Shown one piece after another: positions 36,490 to 47,869 of a DNA stretch of 64,000 nucleotides. The first letter of the stretch is position 1, and each line of letters opens with the position of its first letter. The stretch is taken from positions 107,497,731 to 107,561,730 of the forward strand of contig NC_092378.1 in NCBI RefSeq assembly GCF_030028105.1, read 5' to 3'. Position numbers and translations under genes: made by a program. The notes beneath the pieces are model-generated. The model saw nothing but the letters and a program-made list of their open reading frames with translations. It ran no database searches and was not told the origin of the DNA. The DNA comes from Mobula birostris (lineage: Eukaryota).

Positions 36490-37740
36490 AGGGATGACTG
36501 TCAGGACAGTTGTGCGTACATCCTGCAGAACATGGGAAGGTCAGGGAAGCTTCCATGGTTCCTGGTGATTATACCTGTGGGAGGTGTGTTCAGTTGCAGT
36601 TCCTGACTGACTGCATAGAGTGATTGGGGCTGTAGATGAAACAAAAAGATGAGATACTGCAGAGGGAATTGAGAGAGATGGGTAGAAAGTTAAAAAGTAG
36701 GAGCAGTAGGGTTATAATCCCTGGGTAACTCCATGTGCTGTGTTGTAATGAAATAGCAGGATAGGGCTGACGAATGTGTAGCTGATGAACTGGTGCAGGG
36801 AGACACACACCTCGAGATGGTGGGATATCTTCCAGGACCGAGATCACTTATACAAGAGGGACACATTGCAATAGGCTTCCTGATTGAGACAATTGCTAGA
36901 ATTACTTGAATGGGTTTGAACAAGTTGAGCAGGATATGGATCCCAAAGTAGTTACGCAATCAATGAAAAAGCTGGAGTAAATATAGAGGTTAAAGTGAAA
37001 AACTCCAGCCGGCAGGAGCAGGACAAGGAGCGAGGAAGGTCCGACCACCTAAACTGCAAGCAGTCTGACAGGCTGATGATCTCAGAGCACCTTTGGCATG
37101 TGGGATTGTGATATTATATCTCTTACAGAAACATGATACATTGAGTGGATATCATTTGTTTGGATTTTCAAAAAGCCTTTAACAAGGTCTGGCACACAAT
37201 GCTGCTACTCTGGATAAGAGATAAAGTACAAGTATAGATAGAAATGTGGTTGATTGCCAGAAGTCAAAGATTGGGGATAAGATGGTGCTTTTCACAATGG
37301 CTGCTCATAAATTTTGGAATTCCACAAGGGTCAGTGTTAGATTTCTAGCATTTCACCTTATACAATAATGATCTGCATGAAGAAAATTATGATGTTATGG
37401 CTACATTTGATAAGTTGAAGAACAGGCAATATCCCAGAGACAGGAAGCCTGCAAAATGACCTGGAGAGGTTGGGAGGTTGGGCAAAGAATAAGCAGATGG
37501 AATGTAGAATAGGAAGTGTGGGGTTATACACATTGGTAGGAAGAACAAAAGACTATTTTGTAAATGAGGAGAAAATTCAGAAAGCAGAGGTGTAAAGTTA
37601 CTTGCGATTCCTAATCCTGAATTCCCTCAAGGTTAATTTACAGGTTGAGTCAATAGCAAACAAGACAAGTGCAATATTAACATTCATTTTGGGAGGATTA
37701 GAATATAAAAACAGATACGTAATGCTGAGGCTTTACAGTC
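36490..37740 (+). mobile_element. Degraded CR1 LINE (ORF1 zinc finger/esterase and ORF2 remnants)
   Basis: gattatacctgtgggaggtgtgttcagttgcag (ORF1 CxxC); gtttggattttcaaaaagcctttaacaagg (RT). Confidence 0.6.
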
Positions 37741-37861
37741 ATGCAGAATGATGCAAGAACCTCAGGCACATATATGTATAGCTAGGGTGTCAAAGACTTT
37801 TGCAAAGGACTGTATTTCTCAATAAGGAGCAGAGAGCAAGTTTGTGGATCTCGAGGAACTA

Positions 37862-38688
37862 ATATCAGAATTAGAATCAGGTTTATTGTCACCAGCATGA
37901 GAAGTGAAATTTGTTAACTCAGCAGCAGCAGTTCAATGCAATACATAATCTAGCAGGGGAAAAAAGAATAATAATAAATAAAATTTTAAAAAATAAACAA
38001 GTAAACAATTACGTATATTAAATTCATTTTTAAAAAACATGCAAGAACAGAAATACTGTGTACTTTTTTAAAAAGTGAGGTAGTGTCCAAAGATTCAATG
38101 TCCATTTAGGAATCGGATGGCAGAGGGGAAAAAGCTGTTCCTGAATTGCTGAGTGTGTGCCTTCAGGCTTCTGTACCTCCTACCTGATGGTAACAGTGAG
38201 AAAAGGGCATGCCCTGGGTGCTGGAGGTCCTTAATAATGGACACTACCTTTCTGAGACACCGCTCCCTCAAGATGTCCTGGGTACTTTGTAGGCTAGTAC
38301 CCAAGATGGAGCTGACTAGATTTACAACCTTCTGCAGCTTCTTTTGGTCCTGTGCAGTAGCCCTTCCATACCAGACAGTGATGTAGCCCGTCAGAATGCT
38401 CTCCACAGTACAACTGTAGAAGCTTTTGTGTGTCTTTGTTGACATTCCAAATCTCTTCAAACTCCTAATAAAGTATAGCCACTGTCTTGCCTTCTTCATA
38501 ACTACATCAATATGTTGGGACCAGGTTAGATCCTCAGAGATCTTGACACCCAGGAACTTGAAACAGCTCACTCTCTCCACTTCTGATCCCTCTATGAGGA
38601 TTGGTATGTGTTCCTTCGTCTTACCCTTCCTGAAGTCCACAATCGGATCTTTCATCTTACTGACGTTGAATGACAGGTTGTTGCTGCA
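37862..38688 (-). mobile_element. Young Rex1/Babar LINE 3' part
   Basis: 186-aa ORF 38095..38655 FKFLGVKISEDLTWSQH...FRNSFFPSAIRFLN. Confidence 0.88.
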
Positions 38689-40315
38689 ATTTTGGGTCCT
38701 TTCTCCAAGGAAGGTTGTAGTAGATTGGAAGGGATCCAGAAACTCACAAGAAAGGTCATAGGAATAAATGGCTTGACATTTGAGAAGTGCTTGATGTCTC
38801 TGGGCCTGTACTCAATGGTGTTCAGAAGAATAAGGAGCTAACTCAATGAAAACTATCAGAGACTGAAAGGCCTGGACAGAGTGGATGTGGAGAGAGTGTT
38901 TCCATTAGGAGGAGATACTTGGATCCAAGGGCATGCCTTCAGAATTTAGGCTTGTCCCTTTAAAAGAGCTGAGGAGGAATTTCTTCAACCAAAGGGTAAA
39001 AAGAGGACATGGGATATCCTTGGCAGATAAGGTGGAGATGATTCTTCACCGTTTCTGTGCATATTAATGGAAAAAAAAGGAAAAGGTAGTGAGTATTTCC
39101 CCTTTAGGATCAGTGCGGCAAAGTATGCGGGGGTTACAAATGAAGGGTAAAGTTATAAATGTGTATTCTCATCTGTATTTACTGTGGCAAAGGATATGAA
39201 ACCGGGTAAGTTTAGGGAAATTTTCAATGATATTCTGAAGCATTTTGACGTACAAAAGAGGAGGCAATTGCAGATGAAACTCAAAATAGTCTATATATCC
39301 CCAAGATACTGATATCAAGCTGCCCTCATCACAAAAAGATAATTTGCATCTTAGAGTGGACTTCCAGCAATTGCATTGCAGGAAATTTTGGAGTTACTTA
39401 AACCAATTGAATGGTCCATTTCGGTGTTCCAGATAGGAAAAATGAATTCCTCTATTCATAATGAGTTTGAAAAAGACAATAATGATGATTATATCTCTTT
39501 TAAAATTGGATGTTGAATTTTTATAACTATGTGATTGAATATATTAATATAAAAACATAACAAAATACTTTTTCAGTATGAAGTTTTAAGGAGAGCCTGA
39601 ATTACTTTTCACATTTTCCCTGGACTGTAGGAGACTGAGGGGCGAGCTGACAAGGGTTGTTTAAGATCATGAGGGCATAAATGGATGATTATAGTCTTTA
39701 TCCAAGTGTAGGGGAGTCTAAAACTGAACAATGTGGTTATCTGGTGAAAGGGAAAAGATTTAAAAGACATCTGGCAGGAAAACTTCTTCTCACAGAGTGG
39801 TGGGTGTATGAAATGTGGTGGGAGAACAGGCTGTAGAAACAGGAACAAAGTGAGGAAAAGGGACTAGGTCAGACAGACATTGGTAGGCATGGATGAGCTG
39901 GGCTCAATGGCCTGTTTCCATATTGTACAACTCTACAACTATATTTATCTATATTTTACGTGTAAAGCTTGCTTTATACAGTAAGTCATGATATGTTGCT
40001 GAAAGTATAAATGCGATTCAGAGAGATTTTGATCTCCTATTTCAGTTATTTGCTTCTCAGAAATCTCTGCTGTGAACTTGATTCATTTACAATGGGGCAA
40101 TAAGTAATTGCCATACAAACAGACAATTGTTGGCTCAATGTTTTTATGTCCAAGTTCTTTCTCCACTTTATTGTTATCAAGTGATGTGGTAAACACACCC
40201 TGCAGTATTCTTTGTTTTCTTGCTAACAGACAAATTGACAGATATTTTTTCTGAAATTAAGTATATTTAATACATTCAGCCAAAACAAATGATAAAGTAT
40301 TGATTGAAGTGAAAT

Positions 40316-40321
40316 TTTATT
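40316..40321 (-). promoter_or_regulatory. Polyadenylation signal of alpha-globin copy 2
   Basis: AATAAA ~100 nt after the stop, paralogous to 2008-2013. Confidence 0.7.
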
Positions 40322-40417
40322 TAACTCAGTTTTTCAATTATGACAAATAATCAAAGACAAACTGTGGAATTAAATGATGATCTTGTGGTCGTTCACCATA
40401 ATTTGCTGGTTGTGTCT

Positions 40418-41370
40418 TTAGCGGTACTTGGAGCTCAATTCATGTGCGAGCAACTCAAGGAACTTGTCGACAGCACAGTGGGTTGCTGGGGAGAATGCAG
40501 GCAAGTGAATGGCCAGAGTGACCGTGATACAATCAGCCAACAGCTGTAAAAGTGAAAAATAAATAACATAAGGCAGTGTTGATATTGTCAATAGATGATT
40601 TTACCCATTGAACAACTGTTGCTTCTTTGTACTTTGACTGCTTTCCTATGTATCGTGTAGCAGGAAAAAGTATTCTCAGCTAAACTGAACAAGACTACAC
40701 TTCAAGACCACTGAAATTTCAACTAAGTAAAGTTGAAAGTTCAGGATTGCTGATCTAATTACAATAACATAGTTTGTGTCATGACAATGAGGATGAATCT
40801 GTAAAATTGTTACATACCTGAAAGTTATGAGGATCCACAAGAAGTTCTTCACCATGTCTCTTGGCAAGCTTTTCCAGGTGTTTACTCAGGTTGTCCACGT
40901 TATGGGCTGCATCCGCCACAGCTTCCATGACAATGCGACCATGTTTTCTGACAGGCTGGTCAGAGGCTTTGTAGCCATTGAATTTCGGGAAGTACGTCTT
41001 AGCTTGAGGGTGGATCTCAAACAACCTTCACAAACACGGAAAATGAAAACAGAAATTATTTGCAGACACAATATACACTACATCTCACAGGATTAAATTC
41101 TGTTATTCTTCAGACCAGCAATCATGTTATTTTGGAAAAACTTCAATTCTATGCAGAGAATGTCTTTGTAGATTTATTAGTGGTCTCACTGTTCAAGTGA
41201 AATGCAAAGAAATGTTAACGATTACAAATAATAGCTGAAAATGCATTAATTATACTATGAACCTAAAAAGGTTACCTGGCTAAAGCATCCGCACCCCAAG
41301 CTTCAGCATTTGCCTTGATGTGGTGGCCCAGCTCCTCTATAACCTGTTTGTTGGGGCCAGAGAGTACCAT
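40418..41370 (-). CDS. hba: Haemoglobin alpha chain, copy 2; complement(join(40418..40543,40818..41025,41276..41370)), 142 aa
   Basis: MVLSGPNKQVIEELGHHIKANAEAWGADALAR/LFEIHPQAKTYF...VRKHG...VDPHNFQ/LLADCITVTLAIHLPAFSPATHCAVDKFLELLAHELSSKYR*. Same 95/208/126 exon structure; 4 aa differences from copy 1 (H9Q, L25W, R59K, T119S). Confidence 0.97.
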
Positions 41371-41437
41371 TATTGCAGAGTTTTCACTTTTTCAGATCTC
41401 TCATTAACCAGAAGATGCCTCTGGCTTGATGTGTCCA

Positions 41438-41685
41438 TATTTATTGTAATTCACACTGAGCTACAACCTCTCCACCCCACTTTTCCCATTGGTTGTGGGT
41501 CCTGATTCATGGACTACGTAATCTAATGATAAGAGACAATAGTGAACAGAGAACCAGTTGTCTGTTTCACATACAACTGTTAGCAAAGATATCCTGTTTC
41601 AGAACAGCTAAACACTACCTGCACACGTTTCACTTGACGCACAATTGTAAAGGTTTAGTTTATTGCCATATAAGTTATCAGTAAA
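41438..41685 (-). promoter_or_regulatory. Alpha-globin copy 2 promoter
   Basis: AATAAATA ~41438-41445; CCACCCC ~41472-41478; CCAAT ~41488-41492; TGATAA 41527-41532; TTATCA 41675-41680. Confidence 0.75.
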
Positions 41686-42344
41686 TGAACAGTAATATTC
41701 ATCAATCAATGTGCATTTCCAAACTAATTCTGATATAATAAGTTTAAATCATTTTGTTGTTACTTTGGGCTGTATCACTTATTGAAATTCATCCTCCTCA
41801 CCCTCGGTCTTTTTATTTCACAACTGTTTAACCTCAGTGTGTGGGGAGACATGGTTTTCCAATAGTCACAAAACACCTGCTGTGTACATTGTGCAGAACT
41901 GACTGGACAGAATGAATGATAATGTAGCCACATTGCACCAGGAAGTGTGTAGGTCTAAAATCACGTAAATGAAGTGTATTAGCATGCGGCTGAAGGATTT
42001 ATTTATGCACAGGTGATGGAAGGTGTAGGGTATCAGGACGACCAGGGCAACTTTGGAAAATTGGTCTGGAATTTCATAGACATGGGTGATCTGAGCTGAT
42101 GTTGCAGGGACATCTAGAGAAGAAAAGTCAGCCACAAGCTCAGCTCAGTAGAAGGTTACAGGCCTGACCAAACAGAGACTGATGAAGTCAGTGGTCTGAT
42201 ATTAGAGTTGAGCAGGCATAGTCAATGTTTTTGTTCTTCACAAATCTTAGGTAGCGCAAAATTCCACTCCATCATTGCCAGACATCAAGTAACCAGCGTG
42301 ACTGAGCAGAAGCATTAGAAGAGTCAATAGAGTTGCAAAAAATC

Positions 42345-43420
42345 AGCATTAAGGAGTTGGAGCTCGAACTGCATGAACTCCAGATCATTCGGGATGCTGA
42401 AGGGGTGATAGATAGGACATAAAGAGAAATAGTTACACCCAAGGTTCAGGACACAGGAAACTGAGGGACAGTCAGGAAGGGGAACGAGGTTACGGAGTCA
42501 GTGTCGAGTACTCTGTGGCCATCCCCCTCAACGATCGCTTTGGATATTCTTGGGGGTGGGGGTTGACCTAACAGAAGAAAGTCACAGTGGTCAGGTCTCT
42601 AGCACTGAGTCCAGAGGCACTGAGGAATGGATAGGAAGTTCTGTGGGTAAGAACAAGATTCTTGGATGGTATGTTGCCTCCCAGGTGCCAGGGCCCGGGA
42701 TATCTCAGACTGAGTCCTCTGCATACTTAAGTGGGAGGGTGAACTTAACTGGTTGTGGTCCATGTAGCTACCAATGACATGGGTGGAATGTGTAATGAGG
42801 TTCAGCATAGCGAGCACAGGGAGTTAGGTGTTAAGTTAAAGGGCAGGACCTCTAGGGTTGTGATCTCAGGACTGCTACCCATGCCGCATGTTCGTGAGGC
42901 CAGAACTGGGGAGATTATACAGTTTAAAACATGGCTACAGAGTTGGTGTAGGAGGGAGGGCATAAGATTTTTGGAACATTGGACTCTCTTTCAGGGAAGG
43001 TGGGACCTGTACAGAAGGGATAGTTTGCGCCTCAACTGGAGGGAGACTAATGTTCCAGCAGGAAAGTTTGTTAATGTGGGGTTTAAACTGGAGTTGCAGG
43101 GGGTTGGGAACCAGAGCGTCAGAACAGTTAGCGGAGAGATCATGGAGGCAGATGTCGGTAAGATCTCAAAGTATGTCAGCATGATGCGACAAGTGTCTCG
43201 AGCTGTGTATTGTTTAATGCAAGAAGTATCATAGGAAAGTCAGATGATTGTGCAGGAGATGAGGTAGATGGTTTACAAAGAGAGGCACTGTGTAGTGAGG
43301 AGAGGCAAAATTGCAGTGAACAACATGAGTTGCAACGTAAAAGGTGGACAAAATCGAAAACGTTGAATACAGGACTGAAGGTGTTATAATTGAATATGCT
43401 CTGTATACAGAATAAGGTAG
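42345..43420 (+). mobile_element. CR1 LINE ORF1 fragment (SGNH esterase domain)
   Basis: VHVATNDM...LKGRTSRVVISGLLP...WCRREGIRFLEHW...RDSLRLN in ORF 42755. Confidence 0.8.
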
Positions 43421-43422
43421 AT

Positions 43423-45080
43423 CAGTGTTTCCCACCCTTTTTTAGCCAAACGTCCCCCCTAAAGCACCTTCATAACTGTCAACACCCCTCTTAAGCAAAA
43501 TATACTTTCTGATGCCCCCATAGTGTAAGAACATGTCTACCATGTGCTAACATGAGGAAAATGATTCCACTTTAAATTTTTATTTATCTTTATAGCCTGC
43601 TTACACATTACCTGTGCACTGTACAGCAGCTTCAATATTAATGTGATCCTTGAGTTTGATGGTTTTTAGTAAGAGTTGAAACAACTGGTTCAAGTTGTGA
43701 CAACAAAAGCCTTAAGACCCCATGTGTAACAATGTCCAAGTGCTTTCTGTTTTTTGTGAGTATGTGGTTCACTGCACTGAAGCCTCTTTCAACAAGGTAA
43801 GAGGATGGAAATCCAAGGAAGAGCAGTTTGGCTCTTCTCCAAAGACCAGAAAATTTCATATGACTGTGTAGCCACATACCACAAAAGCTGATATTTTTGA
43901 AAAGCATTTTTGTCTCTTCATCATTCTGAATTTCTATAATTTCTTCTTGCAAGCTCTCTTCCTGTTCTTCCATCTTGCAAAGGAATGGGTTAATTACTCA
44001 ATCAGGAAATTCCAGATTGTTCAAATCCTTGAATCCACTCTGAAAATCCTTCTTCAGTGATTGAAGTCGTAAGCAATACTCTTGTAAAGAGGAGGAGGCG
44101 GAGAAGATGACGGCACGACTCAGCATGCGCACCCACTCTGGTGAATGATATCTGTAATCTGTCAAGTAGGGTGCCATGCACAATCCTGATTTGATGGAAA
44201 CAGATGTGAGAGAATGGAGGAACATCTGGAGAAACTTCTGAAATGCCTGCTTTGCTGCCGCTGTTACTGTGTGATCCAGAATCTCCGGAGGGGAAGGTCC
44301 CGAGTCCTCGGCTTTGCTTGTTGCTCGGCGGCCGGGACGGAGTCGAAGCACTCGGCAGAGATGGTGTTTGGTGCTTGGTGTCAAAGGGCTGGTCAGAGGC
44401 TCAAAGTTTTTGGACGGACTCAGAGTCGGCTGTGGTCGGGTGCTTCCAAGGCATCGACAGTTGTCAGTGCCTGGAGGTTTACGGCAGAGAGAGTTTATCC
44501 CTTCTGCCACCTGCTATCGGGGACTATCGGGAGTCGGTCGGAACTGAGACTTTTTCTTTTACCCTTCTCATGGTCTGCTCTTTATCAAATTATGGTATTG
44601 CTTTGCAGTGCTGTAACTATATGTTATAATTATGTGGTCTTGTCAGTGTTAGTCTTTGGTTTTTCTTGTTTTTTGGTGATATCACTCTGGAGGAACATTG
44701 TATCATTTCTTAATGCATGCATGCATTTCTAAATGACAATAAATGAGGACTGAGTGTCCTCATAGTCTAATCTAAATCACAGTCTGGGAAAGAGAGTGCC
44801 GTACTTCCTCTGCTGAGAAACTGTGAGAACTTCTCCCAATGTTTTGCTTATATATTTCCAGTTTTTCAATACAAGTAGACACAGCACTTTTTGCCTGGAT
44901 TAAGTTGAAATTCTCACCCTACAGTTTCATATTCAGAATGTTAATTTCATCATACAGATTGGCTAGGTATGCCACATCTCCATGTAGAAGATCGATCTCG
45001 TGTCCCAAGTTAGGGTTCCGCTTACCACCTCCCCAAGAATCTTGAATGTCTCCCGGTGATTTCTATTTCCTCTAACACCC
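43423..45080 (-). mobile_element. hAT (Buster/Charlie-like) DNA transposon relic, transposase C-terminal part
   Basis: FPSSYLVERGFSAV..LTKNR..LDI..LRLLLSQLEP (hAT dimerisation domain); end CAGTGTTTCCCA at 43423; upstream frame LQEYCLRLQSLKKDFQSGFKDL. Confidence 0.8.
44089..44778 (+). mobile_element. ~690-bp GC-rich non-autonomous retroelement inserted in the hAT transposase
   Basis: CpG-rich head gaggcggagaagatgacggc; 3' caataaa followed by (aatct)n tail; transposase sequence continues on both sides. Confidence 0.6.
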
Positions 45081-46009
45081 CCTTAGAACACATAACTGCC
45101 TGTGCTGAGTTAATTAAGATAATCATGCCTCATTAAACTAATCCCTTCTGCCTTCACATTGTCGATATTTCTCCTATTCTGCAGTTTATCCCAAAATAAC
45201 TCTATCAAGGGAAAGTAAAATATCGTACATGCTGAAAGACTGAAATAGAAAAAAAGAGCATTAGAGGTTCTCAACAGGCCAGGCAGCACTTGAGGAGAGA
45301 AAAACATACCAGTGACTTTCATTAAAACAGGAAAAATGTGAAAACAAGCTTTCAGTCTGAGGAGAGAACGAAGGGAGTATCTTAGCTAGGGTAGAGACGA
45401 TTCCTCCCCAGTATTCACAAATAATGAGCATCTAGGTAGGAAGAGGAATGAAGAAAATAGAGAGACAAATAAAGTGGTGGAACTCTGAGATGTAGGGGAC
45501 TCCAGTTGTTGGAAAACTGAAATTAAAGAGAATTTTTGGAAATACTTGGAAGATCAGGGAGATCCACGGAGAGAGAAAATCTGAGTGAATGTTGTCAAGC
45601 ATCAGACTGAGCAGTTCTAACATAAACAAGGAAGGCTAGTTATCAGAATCTCTTGTATCTTGGAACTACAAGTTGTCCGCAGGGAAGATGAGGGATTGTT
45701 TCTTGAGCTTCTTTTGGGTTTGGTGAAACAGTATTCATGGCCGCAGAATGAGAAACCATAGTGGGAGTGAGATGAAGAAATAAAATGAAAGGCAACTTAA
45801 AGGTCAGGGTCACCCATTAGGATTGAATAGTGATAGTCTGCAAAATCATCATCGATCTGCTATTGGTTTCTCCAGTGTAGAAGAGACCGTGTTGTAAACA
45901 CTGAATGCAGCACACTGGATTGGAAGATTGGAAAAAGAAATTAAAGCTCAAGTTCACACAGGGCATAAAAGCCATGAAAGTTACTCTTGTGTAGCATGAC
46001 AGCAGTACA

Positions 46010-47190
46010 TAGGAGGACAAAGACAAACTGCAGTTAATATAAACTTAAATTTACATAAATTATACTTAATTTCAATGTGAAAAATAAACAATATTAGTGC
46101 AAGATTGAGAGAAAAAGAACAGTTCATTGTACCAATGTTACTTCTTTCCTAAACTCAAATATATAATTATAACAGTCCTTTTTGACTTTCTTTTCAAATA
46201 TATATTGTATAAATGTGCAATAATTAAGTGGGACTGAATTGTCAACTGCTCTGAAGTTCTCGCAAATATTTCTGTTCACTTCACTATACCTCATTTTTTA
46301 TTCTGCTGCAGCAACGCAGAAATACACAATTACACAACCCACTCTCTTTGTACAATTTTTTTAATATTGAAGCAACATCTATTATTTAACTTAGTGAAGG
46401 ATATAATTTTATAATATTTAACTTCAAATGTTTTAGAATTAATTAATGTATTGAGAAAGCTAATTTTGTGATGAAAACCTAATGTAATGTGAAAGCTGAT
46501 TTAGATACCTGATGTTATGAAAGCTTACAGTTATTTGGGTTCAGCTTGTTGAAACATTTGTGAAAGCTGTTTTGGATCATCAGAGTATGGAGATGGGGAG
46601 TATAGTCTATCTCAGGACACCAGCTTTTTGGTGTGCCTGTACATCTGCAGGTTTGAAAAGTGTGGGACAAAGGATAATTACACTTTTTTTGTAAAGCAAC
46701 CATTTTCTAGGTAAAGAACTAGGCTTAAGATCTCAGGCAACAACATTTTCTCCATATCGGGCTACCTTCTAATATTTGGTACAATGATACAGCGAGTTGC
46801 CGCTGAACATTTGTTGATGAGTCATTGGAACTTTATCAGCTTTGAAGTGATGAATATACACAATAGAGCATTTCCAGAACACCCAAGTGCACGAGTCTTG
46901 CAAATGCATGATTGGGTACATCTCAGTTATCACCCAGGTTCACATTAGTCCGGCCTTGAGCCAGTTGAGAACCATGTTTCTATATTTGCAAACCTATGTT
47001 AACAGCAGACTTTAATGATAAAACTGGGGAAATTTTATTGTGCATATTTGTTACCAATATATATTTAGTTTAGATTGAGGCCCTCTATGGAGAATAAAGC
47101 AAATGTAATTGAATTTGATGCTTGATTATTTCTTGATGTTGTAGGTTATTTAGTCTCCCATGTTTCCTCACCTGGACAGTTCAGAGATCC
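46010..47190. promoter_or_regulatory. Conserved non-coding block, copy C (candidate erythroid enhancer)
   Basis: TGAGTCA 46818-46824 and TTATCA 46833-46838 with the same spacing as copies A and B; E-box mutated to CCGCTG. Confidence 0.5.
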
Positions 47191-47869
47191 AAAGTACAGA
47201 GAAGAACAATGCTGTGGTTATGGTTGGTGGTGGGCAGGATGATGCTAATGATGGGGAAGAGCATAATTAAGCAGAAATGGTTTGGTTGTTCTCATATTTA
47301 CAGAGCATGAACGACGGAGAGCTAGAAGACATGCATCAAATCTCCAGGTAAATACGATGCAGAAGATACGATGCCTTGAATATATAATCCCATTGATTAA
47401 TCTGCAGCCCCAGCAGAGCTAATTTTATGTACTGCTGGTATAAAAATCAATAAAAACCAAAACAAATGCCGAAGGGAGAATGACTAAGTCATCTGTCAGA
47501 TATATGAAAGACGATAAAAATCGAATTGTACCAAACCTACCAATTGAAGGAAATTTCTACTCATTTGATAGTAGAAATTAGACAAGACATCTTATAACTG
47601 AGAAGGAATGGAGGATTTCTGAGAAATGGCAGTGAAGTGTGGGGTCAGTGCTGCTGTGGAAACTGACAGTGTGTTTTAGAAAAAGCTGAATGTTGGGTTA
47701 TCCAGTGAGTGTGTTTGGCAGGAGTTTCCTCTACCAGCTGATAGGAGGCAATAGAGTATATAAAGGCTTCAGACAAAGTTAGACTTTCTTTGTATATGAT
47801 CTTTGACCTAACTCTCTGTCACCTGTTGTAGGATAGGTAGTACTAACTTGTAGAAGATATTTCCATGAA

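Noticed and set aside
43638-43973. Domesticated ZBED/FAM200-like gene
   Set aside because: Only a C-terminal fragment, frameshifted, interrupted by an insertion and adjacent to a transposon end
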